64,000 bases of DNA, taken from NCBI RefSeq assembly GCF_006345805.1, contig NC_042998.1, positions 64,914,001-64,978,000 on the forward strand, written 5' to 3'. The position numbers and the translations under genes were made by a program. Positions 1 through 14,124 of the stretch are shown here, in pieces. Numbering within the stretch: the stretch's first letter is position 1; each line of letters opens with the position of its first letter. The DNA is from Octopus sinensis (Eukaryota). The notes under the pieces were generated by a model. That model had not been told where the DNA came from. It worked only from the letters and a program-made list of their open reading frames with translations, and did no database searches.

Positions 1-23
1 GTAGAGAGAGCATTTTGCTAATT

Positions 24-117
<94 letters not shown>

Positions 118-145
118 ATGTACGTGTATGGGTGTATACAGACAT

Positions 146-703
146 TATTGGGTCATCCCCCAAATAATGGGTTTTTAAAAATTTTATGAACTAAAAGTCG
201 GGATAAACTACATGCTTAAACTTACAATAAAAGCAGATAATAATTTTACCTTTTACTTGTTCTTAGCGTTAAATCTGAAGAGTGCAGTTCGATTTTAATA
301 GGTATGTTGTTGTTTTTTTTTCAAAGATATAGTGGAAATGACAAAGAAGCATATTCGGCATATTTTATTTATGAGTTCAATAAATACAACAACGCAATGG
401 GAAGTGCAAGGCATATTAATGCAGTATATGAGGATCGGGCAATAAGCGTAAGCCAATGTCAACGGTGATACCAATAATTCGAAGCCGAGAACTACGGCCT
501 TGAAGACGAGCCTATTTCAGGAAGATCTTTAGAGCTCGACAAGAACGACCTGAAAAATTCCGTCGTAACTATTCAAGAACTAGTAGAGAAGCTTGGATTT
601 AACCATTTTATTGCAAGTTTATGCATGTAGTTTATCCCGTCATCCTCCGACTTTTAGTTCATGTAATTAAAAAAAAACGCATTATATATGGGATGGCCCA
701 ATC
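146..703 (+). mobile_element. Internally deleted mariner (Tc1/mariner) element with both TIRs; pseudogenised transposase N-terminus (HTH) at ~338-610
   Basis: Left TA+TTGGGTCATCCCCCAAATAATG (146-169) matches the reverse complement of right CGCATTATATATGGGATGGCCCAA (678-701). From ATG 338: MTKKHIRHILFYEFNKYNNAMGSARHINAVYEDRAISVSQCQR*YQ*FEAENYGLEDEPISGRSLELD, a mariner HTH with two stops; catalytic domain absent. Confidence 0.85.
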
Positions 704-1009
704 ATGTTTGTATACACCCATACACGTATATATACACACACATACATATATGTGTATATATATATATATATTTATATACTCCTATATGTGTGTTTTCAGT
801 GTATATATATATATGCATACACACTCCTATATATATGTGTTTTCAGTGTGTGTATGTGTACACGCATACTCACATACCTATACATATACACACGCGCACA
901 CGTGTAAATACGTCCGCAAGCTTATACCTTAGCATGCTTATGCAGGCATCTGCCAATTCATCCAACAACAATGGTGATAATGATAAGCAAATATCAGTTT
1001 TAAATTTTT

Positions 1010-1230
1010 TGCTTATGGCTAACAAAATTGCGAGGAAGGCGAGTGAATTACGTCCTCCCCAGTGCTTGACTGGTATTTATGTTATCGACCCCAAAAGGAT
1101 GGAATTCAAAGTTGACCTCCCCGGGACTTGAACTCAGAACGTAAAGACAAACGAAAGGATGAAATGCAAAGCAGATCTCAGGATTCTATGTCTGACTTTG
1201 CAAATAATTTTCGCTGCTCATCGCCTCCGT
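1010..1230 (-). mobile_element. tRNA-derived SINE, family A (diverged copy)
   Basis: Reverse complement contains TACGTTCTGAGTTCAAG..GAGGTCAACTTTG..TCCATCCTTTTGGGGTCGATAA, matching the copies at 13908 and 43820. Confidence 0.75.
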
Positions 1231-1779
1231 TGCAGTTTTGGCCGCTCAGTTCTTTTGTTCTAAATAGCCTTTGTTACTACAATAGAATAAAAATCAATTT
1301 CAAACAACAATGTCGGTTGCCTTGTGTTGTAAACAACCGTTTACAGATTTGGATAGGGATTTTTATGATGCAGATTTCAAATTCAATACTCTCCTGCAAA
1401 ATATTCAAGTTTTGTGATTTAGTCGCAATGCCAATATGAGTGACACATTTGTCGCCTATGACATTTCGTTGCAAGCATCGATTAAGTGGATTACGGCGTT
1501 ATTTTAATCTTGAAACCCAGACATGAACACAACTCGAGCTTCAATAGATATGAGAAAATATGAAAGAATATAAACATATATCCGAAAGCGCTTAGCTTCT
1601 GTATATATGTTTGTGCCCGTGTGGGTGTTTAGAAACAGCTTAGAAAAATATGCATTTAGCGGTCAACTTTAATGCGTTTGCATCTGTGTGTTACCGAATA
1701 ATGCAAATGAAAATCAAGAAGATATTTCGATAATTTGGTTAATTGAAGCAAGATGCATTCATAAAGTATTAGAACATCT

Positions 1780-2170
1780 TCGGTTGCAAAGGAGCATGAA
1801 GTACAAATATGCACTGAAGTGAACCTGAATGAAAACGATGCAAGAACATCTAGAGACACTGAAGATAATTATTGATGGAGTTTTAATAATTTAGGCCGTA
1901 GTATAACGAATGAGAATAGCATTCGGAGAAATTCTTAGGTTAGAGCAATATGCTTGTTATTCTGTTTGAATATGATTCATTCGACGACTGCATGACATAA
2001 ATATGTAGGGAGAATTTTCAAACTAATTGACGATCACAGAAACAGATTCCAATCGATGTGATTAGAGTGGGACGTATGTAGAGATACTCATTATTAACGG
2101 CGAGAAAGAAAGATGTAGGGGAGGTTCAACGTCAATCTGATGCAGTTAGCTAAGCTGGTCTGTAATAAAA
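1780..2170 (+). pseudogene. Highly decayed RTE-like LINE, RT C-terminal relic
   Basis: Fragmentary translation LKIIIDGV..FNNLGRSITNENSIRR and GEKERCRGG..W resembles RTE F.YLGS.IT and G.R.RGRP..W motifs; many stops and frameshifts. Confidence 0.4.
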
Positions 2171-2504
2171 GCAATGCAAATGTTATAGTGGGGAAACATA
2201 GCGTACGGATATATGAGGTACAAGTTAAAATGTACGTTATCTAATCAAACGGATTGTTAATAAAAGAAAATTGATTCTTAGGATATGTAGTATTTGCTTT
2301 CAAATATGATTTCTTAGATTACAAAATTTTGTGCTAAGTAAGGAATAATTTACATCGTGTGTTTAGTAAATAATTCGTTCGGAAATATTTATAAATTCAA
2401 ACATAACAAGCAACAGAAGATTTAAGGGTTAAAAATGACAAACGTCCATGCTAATAAATAGTCAATATTAGGGTAGTTATACAAATATATACATGAATAA
2501 ATAA

Positions 2505-2506
2505 TA

Positions 2507-2557
<51 letters not shown>

Positions 2558-2638
2558 TAATAATAATAATAATATCTGCCCTAGGAGTCGGGAAGACACT
2601 CGGTAAGAAATGGAAGCAAATTTGAAAGAAGAAAAAAA

Positions 2639-2705
<67 letters not shown>

Positions 2706-2720
2706 GAAGAAGAAGAAGAA
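2505..2720. repeat. (AAT)n microsatellite grading into (AAG)n, interrupted by a 65-bp Dong 3' end
   Basis: Directly visible trinucleotide runs. Confidence 0.95.
2575..2639 (+). mobile_element. Extremely 5'-truncated R4/Dong-clade retrotransposon (3' terminus only)
   Basis: CCCTAGGAGTCGGGAAGACACTCGGTAAGAAATGGAAGCAAATTTGAAAGAAGAAAAAAAGT matches 22033-22096 except for 2 substitutions and A-run length; (AAT)n on both sides. Confidence 0.85.
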
Positions 2721-2970
2721 GAATCAGTAGCAGCAGTAGAGTTTGGAAATATATAAGTGAATACAGGTATAGATATAAAACAGGAGAATATGCAAAGATA
2801 CCTATACACATAATATGTATGAGCATGTATGTATGGAAGTATATATCCATAAATACATAAATATGCATTCCTGTATTCATTCATTCATTCATTCATATAT
2901 AAATGTGTGTGTGTGTTTATGTGACTTCTTATGGGGAATTATGTAGGTCTATATATGTATGTATGTATAT

Positions 2971-3061
<91 letters not shown>

Positions 3062-3919
3062 AGGTTAGAGTAAGCACATAACTGTGAACCATGAGGTAAA
3101 TGATAGTACGCGAATACGAGAAGTAGAGTAATATGCTTTATTAATAAAGCTGCAAAAACATCACAAAGAATTTTACTTCGAGTTTTACGTTCCCGTTCTT
3201 CGGACGGTTTTATTTCATGCAATTGAAAAGACCACATAATATGTGAGATGACGCAATACAGGATTTTATACTCTCGGGCACGTAGATTCACACACAGACA
3301 CGCACACACACACACACACGTACACACACAGACATATATATAAATACATACACGCTCCTATATATATATGTGTGTGTTTGTGTATACGATGAAAGGGAAC
3401 CTGAAAGTCTAGTTTTTGTGATGTCTTTGCAGGTTTATTAACAAAGTGTATATGTAGGTCATATATATATATCAAAGGATAAATAATTATATGTGTATAT
3501 ATGAAAGAGTCAATAATTAGTAATTAATCATTTATTGTTATGAATATTATTTATAAATTTAGTTAAGTGTACACATACATATATATGATGTATATAATAT
3601 GTGTATATATACGAACATAAATGTAGATTTGTATATGAATATATATATCTATATATGCGTATGTATGCATATATATATATATGCATATATGTAAGTATAT
3701 GGATGTGTATGTATATGTTAATTATTTATTGTTAGTATTATTATTTTAAGTTTTACATAGTTAGATGAATATATACAAACATACATGAGGTATCTGATGT
3801 ATATGTATCGATATGTGTGTGTGTAGATGTGTATGTGTATATGTCTATATATATTTTTATTTACGTCTATATGTGTATATATATATATTTATATATATAT
3901 ATATTATATATATATATAT

Positions 3920-3953
<34 letters not shown>

Positions 3954-4535
3954 ATATATGCAAGTATCTCTATATACAGATGAATTCATATAAATGCTAC
4001 TTAATATATCGTTAATTACTTAAGAAATATAAATTACTGCATTAATAAATTGATAAGAAATGAAATCATTTAATAGATACGTAAAATTATGGTGAAATTT
4101 GAATGTTATGTATGATAACGTGACCACTGTTTTACTTGTGATACTTACCCATATTTATTACGCGATCCATATGTTTTCATGTAACCGAATTTTGAAAACA
4201 TTTATATTGGAACCGACTGATTACTAAGTTTAAATTAGTATAATAATGTGGATTTTTATATTATCTCAGTGTATTACTAAATAAGTTTAGTATTATATTA
4301 TATGATATATATATTTTTTAATTATCTAATATTAGATTATTATTTATTATAATGCATTTAACTTAAAGATAGAAATTATTTTACTGTATTCGTAGTTGAA
4401 TTAAAGTTATATTATTTTTATGTTATCTGAAATGATAAGCATTTAAATTAAATTTAGTAATAATAATATATAAAAAAAATTATAATAGACCCTATAATGA
4501 TTAAAATACTCTTATTGTCATGTTACGTGTTTCAG

Positions 4536-4566
4536 GTCTCGTTTTCTTTTTCGAAGGCATCAGTAT
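4536..4566 (+). other. Possible 31-nt micro-exon (unassigned)
   Basis: TGTTTCAG|GTCTCGTTTTCTTTTTCGAAGGCATCAGTAT|GTAAGT has consensus splice sites; no neighbouring exon or homology support. Confidence 0.2.
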
Positions 4567-5748
4567 GTAAGTTTATAAACATTGATTTACAGTGGTTTAT
4601 TTTCCCCTGAAAAACTAAGTAAATGTTTGGTTACAAAACGTAATTGTTATATTAATACATAAACGAAGATTATGCTAATTCTTAAATATAATAATATAGT
4701 TTTGGACATTATGCATACACAATTATTTATCGTAGACACAATCAAACTTAGAAATTGTATATTGTTTATATCCAGTTCTTGTGTTCTTTCAAAATTATAT
4801 ACCCATAAAAATGATAAACATATTGATTTACTGTAAGTTATTTTCCTATGTAAAACTAAATAAATATTTTATAAGTTATTAATTTATTTATTATGTAGGA
4901 ATTAGTACAGGTAATAAATAATCACAATCTTTTGAAATTGTTTAAAATCGGCTTATATAGAATAAGCTTTTGAATGAATAAATAGTTGATTAAAGGTGTT
5001 TTTAATGACTTTAGTAAATTTATATTATTATAACATAATTATATTATTATGATAATGTATATTTATGGTTTCATTTTTTTCGAAATTTATCTTCTTAATA
5101 AAATTAAATAATTTCTATTTTGGATGCAATTTTGTATAGGTGATTATAAATAATGAATATAATATAATTTATAATATAATTCAGTATTAGGCTAGTGAAG
5201 ATAAGATATTTCAATTATTATTATTATTTTTTTTTGGCTATTTAGCCATGATAAATATCGCGTTGCTTTGTCTTTGAAGAATTTCTCGAAATAGCTTGCT
5301 TGAATTTTTTTTTGTTTTTTTTTCCTTATATTATGAAGAATAAAAGAAGATATTTATTGATAGAAGATATTTATTACATTAATTCTTGGCATATTATTTA
5401 GATTTATTATATATAAAAAATAATGTGCAGATAACTTTTAGATTAGTATTATTAAAAGTGCAAAATAATATTTATGACTGTTATGGAAGCTTTTATATGA
5501 TTTATTAATTCTGATTTTTCTATTTTCTATTTTAAAATTATTGACGCTCGCGCTTACAAACATATTTAAGGACTGTAAGGATTTAACAATCCTTACATAT
5601 AATTTTGTCTAATTTTCTCAAACCTTTCCCCGATGAGATTCATACCTATCAATATGAATTTTTTTAAAAGTCCATTATTGGTTATGAATCGAAACAATTT
5701 CCAGGATTAATATTTGCATTTGTATTTCAACCTCTAATTGAATGTATG

Positions 5749-5781
<33 letters not shown>

Positions 5782-5783
5782 AC

Positions 5784-5819
<36 letters not shown>

Positions 5820-5842
5820 ATATATATATATATATATATATA

Positions 5843-5887
<45 letters not shown>

Positions 5888-6065
5888 GTGCATGTATATC
5901 TATCAATTAATCAATAATTCAATCTATCTCTCTCTCTATATATATATATAAATATATCTATATATATCCGAAGTATGGATTTTGCAGTATGTGATCCTAG
6001 CCAGCCCATAGAAGAGGGCTTGAATTTACTTGCAGTAAATTCAGTAATGTTTTCTTCAGCTCATT

Positions 6066-6887
6066 TACGCGGTCTGATCAATAAGTATCCGGACTGATGG
6101 TATACTAATTATCTAAGGCATGCAGAGTATATCTGCTTGGCTTAAATTGACAATAAACTATGTTGTGCTAAGTTTTAACGTTCTAGCTCACTTCATCTGT
6201 TTACAGCAGTGCTTAGAAGGAAGGTCTGTTATCGTCTGTGCACAGAAGGAAGGTCTGCGATACCTGCTCAGAGGCCTAAGCAATGTTTTCAAAAAGTTTT
6301 TATCGTTCTACGAGAGAATCAAGGGGTACTTGTGCAACTGAAACTCCAGTGTCCTTTCCATAGCCTGAAAGCAGCTTTAGTACAAACTTGGCAGACACGC
6401 GTCTCGTACCCAAATCTTCAACGACAATGCGCTGAACTGAACGTAACTAATCAGCACATCGTCTGAGAACTCATGGATGTTGATTCGACGATCTCCCCTC
6501 AGAGCCGTGCGCCCATTTGCGACGCTTCTCTCATTTTTGCTGGTTGCCTGTCTCCTAGAACTTTCATCTATATTGACATTTTATTGGCCATCTTGAAAAC
6601 GTCTGAATCACTGGTACACTTCCATGCGTCTCATACACTCCTCTCCATAAACTTTGTGCAACATTGCGTAGGCATCTGAGCAGATATCGCCATGACAATT
6701 CTCTCTGCCATGGTCAATGCGACGATCGCACGCTACACACCTTCATTCGAAGCACTACTGTAAACAGGGAAAGTGAGCTAGATCACTGAAAGTTAATGGG
6801 CATGCACAGCATAGCTGAAGTCCATTATTTACCAAGCGGTTTTGCTACTATGGTAACAGCCTGAATACGTATTGATCTGATCTCGTA
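6066..6887 (-). mobile_element. Non-autonomous mariner with TA TSDs, ~31-bp TIRs and extended (~150-bp) inverted ends; transposase relic ~6700-6370
   Basis: TACGCGGTCTGATCAATAAGTATCCGGACTG vs reverse complement of right end TACGAGATCAGATCAATACGTATTCAGGCTG. Minus-strand translation DAYAMLHKVYGEECMRRMEVYQ*FRRFQDGQ..GDRRINIHE..QRIVVEDLGTRRVSAKFVLKLL is the mariner HTH through the WVPxxL-equivalent motif. Confidence 0.88.
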
Positions 6888-7858
6888 TTGTTCAGATTTC
6901 TGCAGAAAGACACCGGAAGTTTCCTTCATTGCCTGTACTACTTTGGTGTAAAGTATATCTCTTAGCATGCTCTTAATCTTTCATAAGGATATAATATGTA
7001 TATCCGAATATGTTATGTGATACTCACTCCATCAAGGCTTATGTAACAATAATAATAATATATTTTTAGATGTATTCTTTTTTCGCACTGAAGAGAGCAG
7101 TAATATCTAATTAATTTAATTTTAATTCAGGTAAATTTTAATTTTTATACCATGTTATTGCTGTTCAAAAGCGATTGTAGGAATGGATTTTTTTTTCAAA
7201 TTTTTAACATCTCTTCTCCATCTTCATTGAGTTTCTATAGGATATGGTTCTATAAATTCTCATAACAAACCTTATATATATATATATACTTTGGAGAGGA
7301 TGCGTGGCGTTGAAACAGATAATATATATATGCGTATATATATATATATATATATATATAGATATATATATATATATATATATAATATATATATATATAA
7401 ATGCATATATATGCATATATACATACGTATATGTACATACATATATATATATATGCATATATACGTACGCATATGTACATACATGTATATATATATATAT
7501 ATGCATATGTGGGCACAGGACCTCCTAAATGTGTACAAAAAATACTAAGTAAGAGTATATGAAATATGAAATATTTTTTCGAACAACGAAAAACACAAAT
7601 GGAAAACAAGGCAGACAGCATATAATCGACCTTTCATCAGTTGTTGGCTGTGTTTCTAGTCTCGTATTTCGAAATTTTAACTACAATAATATATAATGTA
7701 GTGAACCCTGGATTTTCTACTTCGGAAGAATTTTGATATTTGCTCGGAATCCGACAGCGTAGATAACTCAGAGATCAGTTTGGGTGATGCAGTGAAAAAT
7801 GCCCTTTCTGCACTCCCAGGACTTTATACGTGCATGCATACATACATACATACATACA

Positions 7859-7893
<35 letters not shown>

Positions 7894-8445
7894 GTAGTGG
7901 CATAAGTGACGACAAATATTCACCGTATCGAAATAGCTATACGATATTGTGTTTTAAACGAATTTGAACTCTCACAATAATTAGTTTTTTTGTGCAATCA
8001 TTATTCCGGTAGTAAGATTGCAGCCACTGATTCTTAATACTGGTATCCCACAATCAGAATAACTATAGTATAATTACATGAATTAAACAGTTTCATATAA
8101 CCAAGTGTAATTGCTTGAGTGAATAAAATAGATTTAATATAAGACATTAATATATTGTTAATTATATTATAAATGATGGAATCGTACAATTACCGAAAAT
8201 AACATTTTCTATAAATAAGCAACAGTAACAGCAAATAGTCAATATCAATTGAAATTAGAAACAACAGTTATACGCTTTCTGGGACACCTTCAGATTCATA
8301 AGAGAAATTAGGAGGGATTTTATATGTAACGATATTGTGAAACAGATGACTACTCTATGATTCTAGCAGTCAATTATTTCGAACCATATCAATATGCAAC
8401 AGTATTGTCTAGCATATAGGGTCTCAGAATATTAAACAGCCAATT

Positions 8446-8660
8446 AAGGTGACGAGCAGCCAGAAACATTACAACGCCGGGCAAAATTTCGGTGGCATTT
8501 CGCCCGTCTTTTCTTTCAGAATTCAAATTCCACCGAAGTTGATTTTGCTTTTCATCTTTTCTGGATTGATAAAATAACTACTACCGGAGAACTGGGGTCG
8601 ATGTCATCGACTTACCTCCTCTATCTAACTTATCAGTCTTGTATCACAGTTCGAAACCAA
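8446..8660 (+). mobile_element. tRNA-derived SINE, family A (old copy)
   Basis: AAGGTGACGAGCAGCCAGAAACATTACAACGCCGGGCAAAAT..AATTCAAATTCCACCGAAGTTGATTTTGCTTTTCATC..ACTGGGGTCGATGTCATCGACT. Confidence 0.75.
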
Positions 8661-9280
8661 TATTAAGCATCAATTACCGTACTGAAGCTAGGAGTACCTA
8701 AATTGATATCATCGTCAGCGTTAAAAACAATAATTACTAATTTGTAACAATCGCCATCTACTTGTTACGTACAGTGGCGTGGAGAGTGTTGTGAAATACC
8801 GAAATATCATAAGGAACGGATTGTTTCAAACATGAATGGCATATCTGAAAACATATCGTCCAATATCATTTACTAATTGACTTGCACAACACCATTCACA
8901 TTGCAATCGTAAAGAGCAAGATTGAAAACCACAATAGATTTGTTTCCCTTGTGTATAGCATAACATTTTCCCCAATGAATTGGGGAAAATGAGTATATTA
9001 TTATATGAGATTACGTGCTACATGGAATTCTTTCTGATAAGTCAGAATATTTCTGAGACATCGCCAGTCAGAATCGATTACATATGACACTGCAACAGAT
9101 ATATCACAGAACAGCGTGTCTTAAAATATGTTTCTTAAGCATTCTATAACAATAGAAATACACGTCAATATATCAAGAAAGGACGCAGAAAAGATTGAAA
9201 TACGGTTTAACTGACTGCATTCGTCTCTTTATATCTCTGAGGTACGTTTATATAATCTCTTCATATACGTTTGCATATCT

Positions 9281-9345
<65 letters not shown>

Positions 9346-11094
9346 CATGCATATATGGATATGTTAATATTCATAAATATACATATGCATTTATTTCCAT
9401 GTCTGTGCGTATATTTTGAACCTACATATGAATGTTTATAAATAAATATTTTGCTACTGATTGACCCAGTTACTGTTTCTCTACATCTTAGCACATCTGT
9501 ACTTATGAATATTTCATTATTAATCTTATTCTTATTATGAGGGAAGAACTCGGATTTGATCCCCACCACCTACACGAGCGTTTCGTCAGTGGTAATTCTT
9601 ATCCGTGTTTATTTGTAAAAATGTAATTGTTTTCCGAAATAAATTGCAATTCGTGATCCAGACTCCGGTAAAACTAAAAGGTATCACTCAGTTACTCAAC
9701 TTAGAGTCCATTGCCGCTTGTAGCAGAAACACCTGTAACCTAATAAAACTTCTAAGATAATTCTTTATTTCTTCGTCTCTCTCTCTCCGCCTCACACAGA
9801 TAAAGTGCATGAATAAATCCATTGTTACATAATTGAAACTTCAAATGAATTTCTGTTAAAGGAATATTTCAAATTATGGTTATAAAATATACGGAACCGT
9901 AACTATACAGTGATGCTGTTTCATTTAGTTTATAATATTGATCCCCTTTTTGCTGACACATTATTACACTCAGAAGGTCGACATTGAAGTTGTAACCATG
10001 GTGTTGAAAAAATTGTGTCACTTCATGAGAGCTACTGCTAAGTTCAGGGTTAATATCCTCATATATCATTTCTATGTTAAGTCGCCTAATTAATTTAGTG
10101 AAATAAATCTAACGTAGCATCACGTTATTTAATAAATGTCCGTGTTTCCGAATATAGCTAAATTCATATATGTACATTTGAACCAATCAAATTTAATTTG
10201 TAGAAATTACAGATATTTTTACACAGATTATTTCTAACTCCTTTAAAACTGTTCGTTATATTGTAATATTTTAAAATGTACACGTGACTTTCAAAAGTGA
10301 AAATTTGCCACTTCAAAAAGTAATAGTAAAATATAATTCGTCTTGACATGTATCAGTATATTATCTTTCAAGAAACGCAATCACCATCGCAGAAATAAAT
10401 GACAGTATGACGTAAACCTTTTAAGTATGCATTACAGATGCCATTTAAGTGCTTTTACTTCTTATGGATTTCTGAATATTATTAACCCCTTGAGCTATGA
10501 TAATAAAAATTATTATTTTTTGCTCTATGATGCAATCTTTTAAAAGTATAGATATTGAGAGGGAGATATATGGGAAAGCATGAATTCTAAATGTATAGCA
10601 TATTAGATTTAGATTTTCTTGCATTAGTTATGGTTTGTAAATATATTTTAGAATATGTTTTGCAATATTTTATATAAGAAGTGATTATGTATGCAAGTAT
10701 TAATAATTCTGTACTACAAATGAAATGCTTGTTGTATTTCAGCATGATCTAATTGCATCCAGCAAATAATTATTTAACATACTCGTACTTTTAATGATTT
10801 CTTCCAGAACATTGTAAAAGAGAAGCAGAAGGCACTTTTAATTTTGATGGACCCCCACGACAACAAACTGAATTCGATTGTAAAATATATACTCTGCAGA
10901 ACATACATTTTCATCTCGCATATCTGTTTGAATTTCAAAACACATAATCTATGAAAAATATATTTCCGTTTCATCTTCCAGTACATAAGAATAACGTTTC
11001 ACAAATCTTGCGTATTGTATATCTTCTCTTTTCTACAGAAGGATTCTATCTCTCAACAAAGTTTCAAGATATTAATTCATACACACACACAAAA

Positions 11095-11095
<1 letters not shown>

Positions 11096-11135
<40 letters not shown>

Positions 11136-11136
11136 G

Positions 11137-11180
<44 letters not shown>

Positions 11181-11181
11181 C

Positions 11182-11253
<72 letters not shown>

Positions 11254-11256
11254 ATA

Positions 11257-11312
<56 letters not shown>
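11096..11312. repeat. Compound (ATCT)n-(AT)n microsatellite
   Basis: Directly visible. Other large AT/AC/ATCT tracts lie at ~28-115, 2950-3060, 3860-3960, 5748-5880, 7320-7505, 30005-30110, 30950-31025, 34845-35065, 36915-36990, 38025-38172, 49790-49925, 52625-52770, 53175-53310 and 57495-57580. Confidence 0.97.
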
Positions 11313-11315
<3 letters not shown>

Positions 11316-13017
11316 ATCCAGAAATACCATAATATAAGATTAAATATTTAACCGCGAATCCCGCTACATGTGATATATATCCCTAGATTTAATGGCTCTA
11401 TAATGAAATGATAAAAGTCTTTCAATATCAAATAGTAATTGTGAAACTGATAGGCGCGTCTTGAACACATTCTCAGCACGTATTTTATTGACATGAAGAT
11501 CTATTCAAAACATTCACCATAGTAATCGGAATGTCAAATATAGACTGATGAAATTAATTTTTCCAGGTAGTTAACCCACCCTTCTATCATATAAGTCCAT
11601 TGCATTAATAAACGTGAGTGACGTAAACCACATTACATAAATCAACCCACTACACCGTGTGGCGACGTATGACCAGCGAAATATTATAATCAAATGACAC
11701 ATATCGAATAAATAATGGACAATGTAGACTCGGTGTCACAATTAAAGTATGTAGTGCTTGTGGATGAACGTCTTTTCATTATATGTTTAATCAATCAGTG
11801 GCTAAAAAGATCCATTCCCAAGCACATAAAAAAAGGGTATTTCAAAATCGACGTAACATAATAATCTTGTTCAAAAGAGAGAGTAATTATTCAACTAGAA
11901 TGACAACACGTTTGAATAATGTTTCTCACACTAACACTAGTATAGAAGTTGTATAAGTCACAACTGGATTGTCTTCAGTCATATACAGGATAAAAACGTT
12001 TCGATATTAGATAAACAAGAACAGCAATATTATCCATAAGGAATTTGCAGCTCGTTGATCACGGATCTAACCATTGACTGCAATACGTTTTAAGGTTTTA
12101 GAAAATATCGTAGCACAAATCGATTCAATGCATTAGTTTGCTTGTCTATCGGTAAAGGTCTATTGAGTCGCCACACATTTATCAATATGTTGACAGTGAG
12201 ACAGAGTAATGACACATAATATAATTCCATGAAAATTTAATAAAGCATGTTGTACATATGTAAATAGCATGTTTAACAATATGTCGTTGGAAATACATGA
12301 TAATAAACGGACATGACAAGATATTTTTCAATATATCATGGTCAGATATTACGAAAAGTAATTAGGTGATGTCTGCATTTAACTAAATAACGTTATAGAC
12401 AATCGAAAACATTACAACGACGCAGAACAGAAAATTGTGTCAGAAATACAAAGTAATCTACTTATAAACATAGATTTTGTATTTATTGTTTAACCGCATT
12501 TCCATCAAAGTAGCTTCCATTGTCATGACTCTCTCCATTAAACTTTTCGGGATTTTGTTTTTCTTTGCAAAATATGAAAATCTTAAATTTTCCCCTTAAG
12601 TTTTATGTTGTAAAAATATTTTAGTTAACTGTTTCTCAATATACTTCCAGAGCACTTGTTACGTATGAATACTAAATATCAGCTGAACATCGGGTAACAA
12701 AAGCACAATACATTAACATTTGAATATCACCCTAAAATCTATTATCTAATGAAAAAATTGAATATGTTAAACCAAATATCAATAAGAACGAAACCCATTT
12801 TCATGGAATCTATATACGTTAACAATATTTAATATTCTTAAAGTAGTGAATCAAAAATATTTAATCAATAACATTTACAACCATAATGAACGAACATTTT
12901 GCCTTAATGAAGCTAATGCCAAGAAATGCAACCGACAGAACGGAATGATTAAGTCTCGTAAGTGAGAACATATCCAGGATTATCATCGTAAGAGAGAAAT
13001 ACCTGATTTATAGAATA

Positions 13018-13522
13018 CTAGCAGTATCGCCCGGCGTTGCTCGGGTTTGTAAGGGAAATAACTATATAAGCATTTTTAGAGAGTTACTTCCCTTATAAAT
13101 TCGGGCTTTCTTAGCCATTTTTGTTTTGGTGTCTTCAAGCCATGAAGTCGTTGTTCTAAAAGAACGCTGGTTTCCTTCACAACGCATTACGACGTTGATT
13201 TCTTTACACTCCCTTCCCCACAGCTTCACGAGGGAGGGAAGGGGAGAAGCAAACAGGTGCAGCTGTGACCTTGGACGCCAACTCCGCCGCCATCGACATA
13301 CGATGCATTTTATGCATTAAAATGGAATAAAAAATGATGTTAAATTATTTTTAAAATCGTAGACTCATCGTTGACGCGCGCTAATAGTCAAACGGGCTCG
13401 ATATGAATCACGACTATAAGATACCCGAATTTGGTTAAACTGCACCGCAAAATGTGGGAGGAGTTAGGAATCTAAATCGAAGGGGACAGACACTCACACA
13501 ACTAGAGTTTTATATATATAGA
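13018..13522 (-). mobile_element. Complete non-autonomous Helitron (505 bp)
   Basis: Minus strand begins A|TCTATATATATAAAACTCTAG and ends with hairpin CCCGAGCAACGCCGGG followed by CGATACTG-CTAG|T: canonical 5' TC, 3' CTAG, subterminal hairpin, insertion between A and T, no TSD. Confidence 0.85.
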
Positions 13523-13907
13523 TTACATTAATACTCATTTGGTTATTTTCCACGTTATTAGTTTGATTAGAATTGAATGCATTGTTCTGCACTGGTAATG
13601 TTTGTTTATAAACAATGCTACTTAACTTATGTAGAAGATATATTTTCAGAAAATTCTAATAGCATTAATTCCTATGTCGTTATGACTTCATATTCTCATA
13701 AAATCGTTTCCGACGAAATCATTAAAAAGCCTTTCATATACGTATTACAGTTTTAATGACAGGACGTATAAACTGTAGCGTAGCTACACTTTATATTTAA
13801 CCAGTTTTAATATTTATGTCATTCTGTATATGAATTGCATAGCTGATGAGATGTTTTCTCTTTAAGAATATAACATCAGTTGATTGATCAATATTTCAGC
13901 GTGTTGT

Positions 13908-14124
13908 AAGGCGGCGAGCTGGCAGTAACGTTAGCACGCCAGGCGAAAAACTTAGCAATATTTCGTTCGTGTTTACGTTCTGAGTTCATATTGCACCGAG
14001 GTCGCCTTTGCCTTTCATCCTTTCGGAGTCGATAAATTAAGTACCAGTTGCATACTGGGGTCGATCTAATCGACTGCCTCCTCCTCCAAAATTTCGGGCC
14101 TTGTGCCTAGAGTAGAAAGGAATA
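13908..14124 (+). mobile_element. tRNA-derived SINE, family A, full-length monomer
   Basis: GGCGGCGAGCTGGCAGTAACGTTAGCACGCC (A-box region), TTCTGAGTTCATATTGC (B-box region), core GTCGATAAATTAAGTACCAG, tail GCCTTGTGCCTAGAGTAGAAAGGAATA. Confidence 0.9.

Noticed and set aside
3170-3210. Hammerhead-like CCGAAGA-ACG-GGAA-CGU-AAAA on the minus strand
   Set aside because: G12 is mutated and stem I is unpaired in this copy; at most a fossil.
9575-9592. CUGACGAAAC on the minus strand
   Set aside because: No stem II or flanking helices; chance match.
10813-10885. Possible plus-strand exon (HCKREAEGTFNFDGPPRQQTEFD)
   Set aside because: The acceptor is plausible but the donor is weak and the peptide is unrecognised; insufficient support.
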